The notes under the pieces are model-generated. The model did no database searches, was not told the DNA's origin, and worked only from the letters and a program-made list of their open reading frames with translations. DNA of 64,000 nt, taken from positions 1,211,567-1,275,566 of the forward strand of contig NW_003314322.1 in NCBI RefSeq assembly GCF_000143415.4, in the 5' to 3' direction. The position numbers were made by a program, and so were the translations under genes. Positions 11,781-23,845 of the stretch are shown one piece after another. How positions within the stretch are numbered: the stretch's first letter is position 1; every line of letters begins with the position of its first letter. The stretch is from Selaginella moellendorffii (Eukaryota; Plantae; Lycopodiophyta).

Positions 11781-13994
11781 TCAAGTTTGCTCCACCTTTT
11801 TCAAAACCTTCCCATTTTCCTCGGGCACGTCGTTCCAGCGCTTGTACCTATACCACCTTGCCACCACCATGTAGACGCCGAGATTGACGGTCAGGATCCC
11901 CGCCAGCATCCAGTAGAACAAATCCAGCCGTCCGCGGTTGATGTTATCGGGCACCCAGTTGGTCCTGGCGTGCACGGCGCTCACCATCGCGGTGCTACAA
12001 TAGTTACCACCGCCAATCACCATCCAAAACACCGCCGTGGCCATGCTTCGCATGCTCTCGGGCGACTGATCGTAGAAGAACTCGATCTGGCCGATGGAGA
12101 GGAAGAGCTCCGTCACCCCAATGAGCACGTACTGCGGGAGCAGCCAGAAGATCGAGATGGGGATGGTCCGGTCGGGGGAGTCGAGCAGCCCCGCGGCGGC
12201 GGCGGCGCTGCGCCGCTTCACCTCGGTGGCGGCGGCGGCCACCATGACGAGGATGGAGACGACGAGGCCGATGGCCATCCTCTGGAGGGAGGTGAGGCCG
12301 CGGGGGTGGCCCGTGATCCGGCGCAGCACTGGGATCCCCAGCTTGTCGTAGACCGGGATGAGGACGAGCAGCGCGAGAGTGGTGAATGCCGTCATCGATC
12401 CGGGCGGGATCTCGAAGGAGCTGGAGGCGACGAGGCGGCGGTCCATTGTCCGGCCCTGCTGGACCCAGAAGGTGCCCTGCTGCGCCCACGCCGTGTAGAC
12501 GAGCACGCCCGTGCATAGGACGGGTAGCAGCCGGAGCAGCAGCTTGAGCTCCTCCACGCTGTGGACGCTGCTCACCTTCCAGGGGTTCACATCGCTGCCG
12601 CTGCGCCGCTGGTCATCGTCTGTTACGATCGCAGCTTTGTCCAGGAATCTGGCAGAGCGCAGGATATGGAAATGTGAATCTCTCAAGAACCCTAATCTTG
12701 GAAAACCCTAAAAGCGAAGGGGAGAGAGACCTAAAAACAGAGGTACGGGTAATATCACCTGAATTGATCCGTGTGGAGCAGCCGCGTGGGCGAGTGGAGC
12801 TTGTCCTTGGCCCCAAACAGCTCCATCGGATCGTTCGGCAGCTCTAGCTTGCGCTTCTTCACGGCGGCGGCCATGACCTGGAAGAGCCTGGTGATGGGGC
12901 TGCCGGTGGGGCGGGCGATCCGGTAGATGGGCGTGCCGGCCACGAAGCTGATGACGGACAGCGCCATGAGCACGGCGGGGAGGCCGAATCCGACGGCCCA
13001 GCCGACGTTGTCTTGGATCCACACGAACACGGTGGAGGTGATGAGCGTGGCGAGCTGGAGTGTGAAGTAGTACCAGTTGAAGAAGTGGAGGATCTGGGTG
13101 CGCTGCTTGGGATCCTCCTCGTTGAATTGGTCCGCCCCAAATGCAACGACGCATGGCCGGATCCCGCCCGAGCCCGCGGCCTGCAAAACGAAGGAGAGGT
13201 ACAGGAATCCCAGCTGACCCACTGTCGAGCGCTCGCACAGCGATGATTTCGCCGCGCATTGGTCGGGTCTCAGGCTGGGAACCAGGGCTTGGATCGTGAG
13301 AACGAAGGATCCCTGCCAAGCCACCAGGCAAATCAGTGCTCCACAGTTGAGATTGATCCTTTCTAGGCTTCTAGTATCTGATTCTCTTGTTCTTTCTCTG
13401 GTTTTCTTCTCTTCTTCTTTGACTTATCCTCGATCTTACAATGATTATATCTAATCGATCATTCCCCTCGGGAGAAGGCTCTATCTATCCAAACTTTTGG
13501 CTAGATGGAGGGATGGATGGTTTCTTACTAGTGTGAAGAGGATAGAGCCCAAGAGCACCACCCAGTAGCGACCAACATACGCATCAGCGATGATGGCACC
13601 GACAAAGGGTGTGAAGGCTGCGGTCCCGCTGAAAGTGGTGAGGGTGTTGGACGCATCGGCCGGCTTGAAATGGAGCTGCTGGACGAGGTATGTCACCAGA
13701 TTCACTTGCAGTCCAATGACTCCCAGCTTCTCAGTCGCCTCGTTCCCTGCAAGTCAAGCAGCAAAGCGAGATGACGATCTTCTAGATCCTTGCAGAATTC
13801 TCGAGGGAGAGAGTTATACCAAAGATGAAAGGACTTGTCTTCCAGCCTCCTTTCACGATTCGGCGGCCTCGCCAAGTCGTGCTCCACTCAGGATCCTCGG
13901 CTCGCTGGGCTCCCTCGGCTCCTGCCTCGAGATTCATGCTGGATTTGTGTAACTCGACAGCGTGCTCCTCCTGCCAAAACAAGACACGGCCCAT
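11781..13994 (-). CDS. NPF: NPF (NRT1/PTR) transporter, NPF3-like, 4 exons
   Basis: Exons approx 13994-13820, 13746-13529, 13312-12759, 12648-11781. Motifs GGWKTSPFIFGNEATEK (ExxEK), IADAYVGRYW, GSGGIRPCVVAFGADQF, FFNWYYF, FLDKAA, EFFYDQSPESMRS, GRLDLFYW. The start could also be the Met at 13937. Confidence 0.93.
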
Positions 13995-14693
13995 GCATCA
14001 CAAAAACGATCCGGAATCAAAGCCAGGTTTTGCGAAAAGGTATCCAATCACTCAACCGACCATGTATGGAGATGGCGATTCTTTTCGTGTAGCGCGGAGA
14101 GATCAAACACGAAGAAGAACAAGTTTGAGATGCATTTTATAACCATGATCCGCATCAATGACGGGCCTGCAAAGATAGGGTCCGACCGCTCTTGTCTCGT
14201 CCGCAAGACTTCTTCCATCGAAAGAAACATGTCTACGAAATTTGCTTTCGGGGAGCCCGTGGATATACAAAGGGACAAAAGGTTGACGGGCTGGCGCATG
14301 GCATTGAAGACACCAAATTGAAGCAAACTACACAACAGCATGATCTTTGCTCAGAATCAAACCGACCGCTTTTCCACTGCCACTGATTGGCACTGAGAGT
14401 TTTTCAATTGTAAAAGTTGTTCAGTGCTTGCTGAAAGATCTTGACAAGCATTACGTTAAATCCCTGATGCGATAACGAAAGAACTTAGATATGTTCATTT
14501 TTTTGCCAGAAAATAAACATTCAAACTAATCATTGAAGTCAATTAGTTGATTCCTGACGATCCAAGTTCAATTTGGCGGCATTGATTGTCTTAAGCAAAG
14601 AAGTTCTCTAGAAAACAGTTTCCAGGTTTCTAGGAAAGTCCAGGTGGTCCCGAAAAATACGTCTTTATTATTATCTGATGCAATGGGCATTTC

Positions 14694-15081
14694 ATGGAGG
14701 GCATTGGCAACGCAGTGTGGACGGGCGCGCTGCTCGTGTTGCTAGCACTGGTTGCGAAGCTATGGCGATCGATCGTCACCAGGTTCTGGCTGGAGCCAAG
14801 ATCGCTCGACGCAAGGATTCGAAGCCAGGGTATCCAGGGGCCGCCAAGGACTTTCATCGCAGGCAACATGCTCCAGGTGATGACGATGAGAGACACTGGC
14901 AAGGAGCGGGACATGGAAGGACGACGTTGTGAAGCATGTGTTGCTGGATTACCACCAGTGGTAATATGGTAACTTCTCCTCGTAAATTCCTGTACTCTGG
15001 ACGACTTCTTCGCAGGAAAGAGGTATTGCTACTGGTGGGCGACGGAGCCCAGGATCAAGCCCGAGCTCATCAGAGAAGTTC
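14694..15081 (+). pseudogene. Cytochrome P450 CYP72-clan N-terminal fragment
   Basis: Membrane anchor plus WLEPRSLDARIRSQGIQGPP..IAGN; intron 14969-15015; then GKRYCYWWATEPRI/KPELIREV. Frameshifted and joined to PPR debris. Confidence 0.8.
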
Positions 15082-15084
15082 TAT

Positions 15085-17180
15085 GCCGGAGAGCGATACA
15101 ATGTCATGGAATGTGATATGCCCGGCGGCGGAGGAGGCCAAAGCTCTATACGAGAGAATACCCGAGAAAGACCTCGTCTCGTCCACCTCGATGCTCCAAT
15201 CTCTCGCCCACGAGCATCGAGTTCCAGGCTACCACATCGAGCTCCGGCATGCGCAGAAAGAACTTCCACGCGTATTCACACGCTCCAAGCAAGAACGTCG
15301 TGCTGGATCATCCCTTCAAACATCTCTCGTGCTTCTACCTTTCTCGAGGCGAGGATGAAAGCTTGTAGCATTGAGTTGGAGCTGCTCAAACAGCTCCCTC
15401 GATTCCTCCAAGAGCCCCATCTCCGAGCAAGCCCCATTCTCCGAGCAAGGAATCATGGCATTCCAAACAACGATGCTTCGCCGTGGCATTGTGGTGAGAT
15501 ATGCCTGGCCTTGTGGATTTGCCCGGTCTGGTGCATACGCAGCGATCATCATGGTGTAGGAGGCCTCGTCGTGATCAGGCATGAAATTCCGGAAGAATGC
15601 CACTGCCTCTTCGATCCTGCGACGTAAAACGTACCCTTTTGGAGCATCGAATTCCATTCTGTTGTGTCCCAGCGCATTGCTTGCAATTGCCAGATTCATA
15701 CGCCTGGTTCAAAATCGTCCATGCGACGGCATTGTGCTCAGCCATCACCGAATCGAAGATCCTTCGCGCGTCGGCCACAAACCTTGCCTGCGCTAGAGCA
15801 TGAAGCGAGAGACGACATTCCATTCCGGAATCCCGTGCAGGAAGAGATCCATCGCGGCCGTCCGCGCGTATCCATCGATCATCACCGTCCACGTGGCGAG
15901 AGAAGAGCGTTTGCTGGAGCAGGCGGCCATGGAACTCTTCTCCGGCATTGGCATCGAAAATCTCTTAGTGCCCGTTTTGGGCATAGGCCTGGATCATCGC
16001 GTTCCATGTTACGGCATTCTTCCGAGGCATCCATTGGAAGATCCCTCGCGCCTCTCGCAACGCGCTCTGCCCCAATCCAGTGATCATCGTCGTCATTCTT
16101 GGTAGCTTCCTCGCGTCGGCGATTTGGCTGTGCTGGGCATACGTCGTGATCATCGAGTTCTCTTTCCTTGCATCGAGTCGAAGATCTGGCGAGCGGACTG
16201 GATGTCGCCATTCTGTGCGTATGCCGAGAGGAGGATGTCGCGAGAAAATAGATTGAGCTGCTTGATCTGATCGAAAACCAGGCGAGCTTCACGCAATCTC
16301 CCACACGTCCCATACATTTGTATGAGGAGATTCGCAAGAAAAGTGTTCTGCTTGCTGTGGCGGATCCGACTAGCCTGAGCTTGTCGGCCTCTGTTAAAAG
16401 CGTTGCTCTTGGTGGTCTTGCTGCTCTTGGCAGTCGAGAGGACCAAAAGCCGAGTAGATCTTCTTGTTGCTAAGTGGACGTCGAACAAGTGTTGGTTCTT
16501 CTCGGCCTGCGCTTTGAAATTCTGGCCGTGTCTGCTTTAGCAGTTCCCCAGGACTCCTGCTCCTCCTGCTTGATGTTTCGCTGCATTTCCTACGCAACGA
16601 CCATTTCACTGGACAATTCAGCTTGTGACGCTAGGAGGTTCGCGGCGGTTCTTCGATTTTGCAGCAGAACCAGGGATCTGCCGCGGGGAAAAGAGATTTA
16701 CGGTCAGGCGACTGTGCAGCGAGCAGCTATCTCGCGAATTTGGCAATCCGGAGCCTGCAAGAAGCAAGAGAGATTTTCTATCGCATGGGCTCTGCGAGGA
16801 ATCGCTTCTCTTGGGACAATATGATCGCTGCTTATGCCCAAAATGATGCAATGCCAGAAAAGAACTGAGTTTCATGGACGGCTATCCATGCCCAATGCGG
16901 GCATTTGCTAAAAGCAACCTAATAACATTTTCCCCTGGAATTCAATGATCCAAGCGTACGGACAGAGAGGGCATCTCCAGGAATTTCGTGACATTTGTGA
17001 AAGAATGTTTGACCACGACATTGTGACGTGGCATTGTGTCTACACCTCATTCAAGCCGACACACCATGCTGGAGGGAAATGAGATATCTTGAACGATCAC
17101 AACCGTCACCCATATGCAAATCTGGCAGCTCCAGAATGTGAAGTCTGTCTTCTAAAGGGTGCCAGAATGGAATGTGTTAT
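15085..17180. pseudogene. Patchwork of PLS-class PPR fragments on both strands
   Basis: NLLIQMYGTCGRLREARLVFD, VTWNAMIQAYAQNGH and WTVMIDGYA on the minus strand (about 15430-16460); SWDNMIAAYAQN and related motifs on the plus strand (about 15085-15420, 16600-17180). Many frameshifts. Confidence 0.8.
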
Positions 17181-18000
17181 GGATGGATATGGATTAAATG
17201 GTAGAATAAATTAAAATATACTAAGAAGTGTTTAAGGAAGTTTTAATCTAAATGAATAAGAACCAATAGATAGTAGAATATCCTATAATATCAAAGCATA
17301 TTTTAAGTATATTCACTGCCACCCGAGAAAACCAAAAAAGATGCACTCTTATTTATAGACACTTTTTTTATATTTAAATCTCATTAGAAGTCATTTTTTG
17401 ATTTGCTTAAGCAAACCTGTAAGGACACTGTAACTTGTATTGGATTAATAAGTAAAAATTGGTATGCATTGCATGTAGCAATGCTTAGTTTGCTTATAAG
17501 TAGTGTTATTCTTACTTATTAGTTCATTTGATCAAATAAAATTTATAATTATAAGCATGTTTGTAATTTATCATAAGATTAATCTTATTGCATATCAACC
17601 ATTAAAAGATAGAATAGAAAAGAATATACTAAAAAAGGTTTTAAAAAGTTTATAAATTATAATCATGTTTATAAATTATAAATACAAGATTAATCTAAAT
17701 GAATAACAACAATTAGATGGTAGAATATCCTAGAATATTTAAGCATATCCTAGGTATATTCAATACTATCTCTAAAGGTTTGCTTAAGCAAACCAAAAAT
17801 AACACTACCATTGCTATATGCAAGGCATAACAATTTATTTTAATTGTTGAGATATGTAAAACTTGATTAAGCTTTTTTTTTCTCTAAATTTTTCCTCAAA
17901 AAAAAGAGGTCTACTTTACACTCATTTAAGCTTGTCTATCACTAATTATATTGATTAATATTTAGGTTATAGAAGTGGAGACTGAAGCCATATTGAGGTG

Positions 18001-21000
18001 ATGATGAATCCGCTTGTCTCCGTTGGCTGCCTCCCAGAGTTTAACAGGGTTGAAGCTCACCATGTTGTTCCAGGGGTCAAGCAAGTTGTCAAGGAACTGG
18101 TACGTGTAGATTTTATGATAAAAATTTGTCATTGTGGTGTTTATTTCTTCCTCCAGGAAAAGGATTTGCTTCAGCTGGAGTGCTTTGCTGCCTCAAGTTT
18201 TGGAGAGAATGGTGGCGATCTGTGGGAGGCGCTCGTCCATCCCTTCGAACGCATTCTTGATCGCTTGACTGTGGTATGGGGGATTGTTTCGCATCTCAAG
18301 GATGTCAAGGATTCCGACGCTCTTCGAGCTGCTGTGGACGAAGCACAAGTAACTTTACTTGTTCTTTCTCCTGAATTTTAGGACTGTTGTGCAGCCCTTG
18401 AGAACGAACTTTTTGTTGAGATTAGGACAGAGCAAGGCTTTGTATCAGGCGTTTGAGAAGATCTGCAATGGTGCCTTGTTCGATACACTGAACGAAGCTC
18501 AGCAACGAGTTGTAGAAGGTATGTGAGCGCTTCATTTGATCTCTTGTGGAGTTCTCTCTCTTTTGTTTTCTTCAGGACGTTTGAAAGATGCCATACTAAA
18601 TGGAGTGGCACTAGAACATGAGAAGAAAGTGCATTTTAATGAGATCCAACAGGTATATATATGTGTTTGTTCTTGGCTAACATTTCAAAGTTTTGCAGGA
18701 GCTGGAGAAATTACTGAACAAATTCAGTGAAAATGTGCTGGACTCCACCAAGTTGTTTGGGAAGCTGGTGACTGATATTTCTGTTCTTGAAGGCTTGCCG
18801 GAAACGGCTCTTGCTCTTGCTGCACAAGCCGCAGTATCCAACGTAAGATCCTTAAGTTCGCTATTGATAATGCTTTGGTCATGCTGTATTTTTTGCAGGG
18901 ATATGAAGGCGCCAATGCGAAGAGTGGACCGTGGCTGATAACTCTGGACAGTTCCATGTACTCGGCAGTGATGAGATTTGCGAGAAACCGTGACCTTCGC
19001 GAGGAAGTATATCGCGCAGACGTCACAGTGGCCTCCGGAGAGAGTTTTGATAACTTCCCTGTAATTACAAGAATTCTCGAGCTTCGCCAGCAGAAAGCGG
19101 AATTGTTAGGATACGAAAACCATGCTCAGGTAATATTACCTATACATAGAGTCTAAAAAGTTCTTTTTAGTACAGGTGAGTATGCTTCAAAAGATGGCCA
19201 CACTGGATTCTTGTCATGCACTTCTCGAAAAACTGCATAGTTGTTCACGAGATGCTGCTATTCGAGGTCTATGTTCTCTCTGCTATCAAAGCTTATTGCA
19301 AGTGTTTTCTTTTTCGTTGATCTTCGTTTTAGACATGCGGGAGCTTGAGGAATTTGTGAGAAGTGAAAACTCAGAAGAAGATGAGAATTTGTTCCACTGG
19401 GACATTCCATATTGGACGGAGCGCTTCAGGGAGGCCAAGCTTGACATGAATGATGCAAGTTTTCCTTCCAAGGCTTGGTCATATTTACTCACTTTATTTT
19501 GGAATTCTTAGGAGGAACTCAGGCCGTATTTCTCCATGCCTAATGTCATGGATGGCCTGTTCAGCCTTGCGAAGCGCTTGTTTGGCGTCCACATTGAAGA
19601 GTTGGAAGAAAATACACCAGTAAGCGTGCATGCGAAAACTATGATCCATCTATCTCAATCTGAATAACAGGTCTGGGACAAAGAAGTTAAGCTTTACAAG
19701 GTGGCAGAATGCGCCAGTGGAGAAAATCTGGGATACTTTTACCTGGACCCATTCTCGAGGCCGCACCAGAAGAGAAGTGGAAATTGGATGGGCGTAGTCT
19801 TTAACAGAAGCCATGCAGCTGTGCAAAAAGGTGGCGTTGTGCGATTGCCTGTCGCTCATATTGTCTGCAACCAGGCACCACCATTACCCGATCAGCCAAG
19901 CTTGATGACGTTCTATGAGGTAGTAGCAGTAGGCTTTTTTATATTCATGATCTTATGGGTAGCGCTGACAAGTTTGACGGAGCACTTATGATTGAAACTT
20001 TGCAGGTGACAATGCTGTTTCATGAGTTCGGGCATGCTTTGCAGCACCTTTTGAGCAAACAGGACGAGGGTCTTGTGGCTGGATCCGAAGGAATAGAGTG
20101 GGATGCAGTTGAGATTCCCTCCCAGTTTATGGAGAACTGGTGCTATGACAGGTCTGATTCGATTGTAAGAAACTAGTCTTCAACTAATCTCGTGATCGCA
20201 GGAACACTTTGATGAGCTTTGCAGTGCACTATAGAACTGGCCAAGGGCTCCCAGAGGCGCTATATACGAAACTCAAGTCGTCAAGAACGTTTTTCTCGGC
20301 TTCAAACGTTCTTTATCTGGTAAGCCGAATGAAGAAAAGTTTTCTTGGAATAATTTCTCGTTTTTGAATGCACACAGGTTTCCCGATCTCTGATTGATCT
20401 CAAGCTGCATGCAAAGCTCGAAGCCGTGAATTCGAAAGAGATTTACAACTTGTGCAACAAGGTTGCAGGGGAGATATTGATATTACCCCCTTTGCCTGAA
20501 GACAAGTCCATCTGCAAATTCCTCCACTTATTCGCCAGTATGTGTTTTTCCTCTATTTCTAATCTCTCCTGTATTTTTTCTCTTGTTGGTTGTCATTCTT
20601 GTAGCAACTGAGTATGCAGCTGGTTACTATAGCTACCTGGTAAGCTGGCCTCAGAAAACATATCCTGACACTCAAAAAGAATCTTGGTATGATTCTGTGC
20701 AGTGGTCCGAGGTTCTGTCATCAGATGCTTTTGGAGCGTTTGAAGAAGCAGGCCTTGAAAATGAAACTGTGAGTGAAAACAATCAGGTGTGGGAAGCAAT
20801 TGTTTCACTTTTGTATGTTTCACAGGCTGTTAAGGAGGCAGGAAAATTATTTAAGCAGACAATTCTTGAGCTTGGTGGAGGCAGAGCGCCTGCTAAAGTA
20901 AAACTTTTGATAAATTTACACGAAACTCACGACGAGCTCTGCAGGTTTTTGAAGATTTCCGTGGAAGAGGCCCCAGCATAAATGCTCTTCTCAGGCATAG

Positions 21001-21016
21001 AGGTCTCGTGGTATAA
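18001..21016 (+). CDS. Oligopeptidase A (peptidase M3A), multi-exon, no obvious transit peptide
   Basis: MNPL start; [49 protein letters not shown] (HExxH), [46 protein letters not shown]; stop at 21014-21016. One GC-AG intron at 19455-19511. Confidence 0.92.
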
Positions 21017-21082
21017 ATGTTGGCTGCTTATCTAATAACATAATCACTAAAAAAACCATGACTTCGAAAACAAAATGCTCGT

Positions 21083-21295
21083 GAGGAGCTAGCAATGGAG
21101 GACGACGTCCGCGAGTAAACACTGGAATTTCACGGTACACTCCTGCTCCGATCTTAATAAGATGGTTACTCCGTTGACGCTGTGCAGAGAAAGCCCGATC
21201 GCATCAGAGCCGAGGCCGCCGAGTACCGAAAGCTGCTACCTCTTGGCCTCAAGGAGCAGTGATAGCGGTGGGCGTCTCGTTCTCGGTCGCCTCCA
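21083..21295 (+). pseudogene. Degenerate fragment of the RPS6 3' end
   Basis: Colinear with 2690-3090 (gagctagcaa, ggaggacga.gtccgc, ggttactccg, gaggccgccgagtacc, cctcaaggagcag, gggcgtctcg), with many small deletions and a trace of the last intron. Confidence 0.85.
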
Positions 21296-21658
21296 CTTGA
21301 ATACAGGCTAAAGTTCATGAAGAAGCTGGAGCCAGACTACGCGCGGACGTAAGCTTCGGGGGCGACTCTTTTCCTTGGGTGAGGACTTATGACAGAAGCA
21401 AAGTGAAGAGAAACGCTGCAGGAGCAAAAATTCTCGAGCGAGTGATATTGGCATGAAGACTTAGATGGAACAACCGATCAGAGAGAGCCGGATCGCTCAT
21501 AACAAACACACGAATTAGAGACAAGCTTGCGTGAGCTGGAGCTGCTATTAGACTAGGAGAACATATGAATTTTATTGAGTGTGGGGTCTCCTAGGGCGAC
21601 CAAAACAACACAGACATCAGCAACGTAATGGAAGAAAGAAAAAAAGATTACCATTTGT

Positions 21659-21850
21659 TCAGGGCCCATACTTGTTGGTTACATTCGGGCCGCTGATGCT
21701 GGTTCCCGGCCCACTTGGCCATTCGGCTTTGGCATCGTGGCCTCCCTTGAGTGATGGCATTGGCATTGGCATGTCATCTCCATCACCCTGCCCAAAAGAG
21801 CTAGCCACTAGGAGGAGGGTAAAGACAACAAGAAACTTTGCAAGAGTCAT
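21659..21850 (-). CDS. Candidate small secreted peptide precursor (63 aa)
   Basis: ATG start; signal-peptide-like MTLAKFLVVFTLLLVASSFG; TATAAAA at 21900-21894; 61-nt GT-AG intron 21651-21591 seven nt after the stop; AATAAA at 21576-21571. Confidence 0.65.
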   Translation of the reverse strand: MTLAKFLVVFTLLLVASSFGQGDGDDMPMPMPSLKGGHDAKAEWPSGPGTSISGPNVTNKYGP

Positions 21851-22049
21851 TGAGAGTATTCGACGAGAGCAAGTTCGTGGTGGATTTGTGTTGTTTTATA
21901 GCCAAGGATCGTACACCACCAATATGCATGAGCAAGTCATGCTCTTTCTTTCCTTCGTTGTTGGTGGAATAGTCGATTGAATTTAATCTAACACCCGTGG
22001 GATAGCAATTTGTTTCCTGTAACTTGGATTTGATCTTTTCCTTCTTCTC

Positions 22050-22430
22050 AGGAGCTGGAGTAAACTTGTAGGGCTTTCGACGAGAATGGCTCGAAGAGTA
22101 ACTTTGCCAATGCAAGGTGAACCTTTTCTTTTTCTTTCTTCTTTGTCCAGGCTTTGATCGTGATAAAAATGAGATTATAGAATGTTGCCTTTTACTAGGG
22201 AGTCCCGAGGCTTTGGATTTGTGATGATGGAGACGACGACAAATACCTCCATGATCTCTTCATGGAACTGGATGGTTTTCTCCTGGTGTATGAGGAGTGT
22301 CTAGTTGTTCTTTTCAGGTGTCTCAAATCAAACAAGCAGATCGATCAACTGCTGAGCTTCTATGCTGCAGGCCAAAACAAAACGCGCCCGTTCAATTCCT
22401 GGTAACTAGCTTAGCGTGAGGAAGAAGTTC
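22050..22430 (+). pseudogene. SR45a/Tra2-like RRM splicing factor remnant
   Basis: Fragments GLSTR..LEE, ESRGFGFVMMET (RNP1), KYLH and AKTKRARSIPG..LSVR in the expected order, with intron remnants. Confidence 0.65.
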
Positions 22431-22469
22431 GCCATGGGGCTATGGCCACAGAGACTGGACTTTCCAAAA

Positions 22470-22860
22470 GCTAGAGGCTTGACGAGCCCACACACAAATG
22501 CGCGGTGGAAATCCCTTTGGTCGTCATTTGAAGGATGCTTACAAAGCTTGCAAGGATCTTCCCAGGTGAAAGATCGCTATCGCCGAGTTTAGGTCGCCGG
22601 ATCTCACGGAAGGAGAGAGCGCCGTGTTCCAGGCCACCGCGCTCCACTGCGGCATTTGCCCAAACACAAGCTTGGATCGAGCAAAATTTCCTTCGAGGAG
22701 GATAGTCCATGAAACAATCTCTCGCTCGAGAATTCGATCGAAGAGGTATTCCAGCTCGTGGATCCGGCCAAAATGTTCCAGGATCGTGATCCGGGAGATG
22801 ACGCTGGGGAATCGAATGCCATCAAAGATAAGATCCAAATCCCCAGCTTTGGCCGCCGCC
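22470..22860 (-). pseudogene. PPR fragment
   Basis: LFDRILEREIVSWTIL...VFGQMPQWSAVAWNTAL...GDLNSAIAIF, broken frame. Confidence 0.7.
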
Positions 22861-22899
22861 GCCCGCTGCGGACACCGCTTCCAAGAACCCTAAAAACAG

Positions 22900-23242
22900 A
22901 GTAGCATTTTGGCGGGATCTTCCTACACGAATATACCGGGCTCCCAGAGCATCGGTACTTGCACTTTCCTCAACAGTCTGCGAAAGAGAAACAAAGACCC
23001 ATCACTTATACTCGATCCAACCGGCAAAACTAGAAGCTCGAAACTTAAGAAACAGTGAAAGATGTCTCACCGATTCCAGTAAAATCTCTGCTGCCAAGAA
23101 CCACATTGCCATTCTGCCACACACAAAAAGAAAAAGAGATTCGTTAAAACACGATCCCGAAGAACTCAATCAGGCAATGCACCTCGGCAATCACAAAAAT
23201 GAGCAGGACGAGAAATGCTAGCCACTTCAAAGCCAGAGCCAT
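22900..23242 (-). pseudogene. GASA/Snakin-like pseudogene
   Basis: TATA at about 23285. Exon 1 is a signal peptide (MALALKWLAFLVLLIFVIAE), exon 2 is NGNVVLGSRDFTGI, then a phase-1 intron and exon 3 DC*GKCKYRCSG. Premature TGA at 22972-22970; the rest of the 12-Cys domain is missing. Confidence 0.7.
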
Positions 23243-23845
23243 TTTGCTAGAACTCCTCCTTTCTACCACGAAAAACACACGTTTTATAAGTCAGGAATTG
23301 ACCTCCCTGTGGAAGAATCACGGCAGCTCAGGTACCTTGTGAAGCTAACTGTATAGTCAGCATAGAATTAAATCTAAAGATTGTCTGTCTGCCAAGCCAT
23401 TGCCAGCCGGCCTTGCGATGGAAGGCTGCTCCATTTAGATATCTTTGCACAATATATCTATCTCGTATAGTCGCCTCTTTGTCTGCCAGATCCTGGAAAA
23501 GAAAGAACTATGATCAAACTCTTTACCTTTTCTTCTTGGCTTAACTAAGAAATGTAGGTTTACGAGAGCCTCGAAGAGCGACCAGCTTATGGGCGATTCA
23601 GTGTTCTCTCCTATATGATACAGACATAACTTCACAGCACCATCTTCTTCTACACTTCTTCTATGCAGAAAGAACATCAAAAGCAGTCGACGAAGATATA
23701 ACATCTCTTTCCTGCCAAATTCTAGGAAACATGAAAGTCTTGAGCTTAGAGTAAGAATATTCTTGAATATTCTTTACTGAAGAATATTCTTAAACTGGGC
23801 GACGAATATGCCTCCATAAACCCTAGATTGCGAGGGAAATGTTTG

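Noticed and set aside
10897-12518. Alternative-frame and antisense ORFs over the NPF exons (325 aa, 243 aa and others)
   Set aside because: Shadow ORFs caused by high GC at third codon positions.
23435-23704. 89-aa minus-strand ORF
   Set aside because: No recognisable motif or gene signals.
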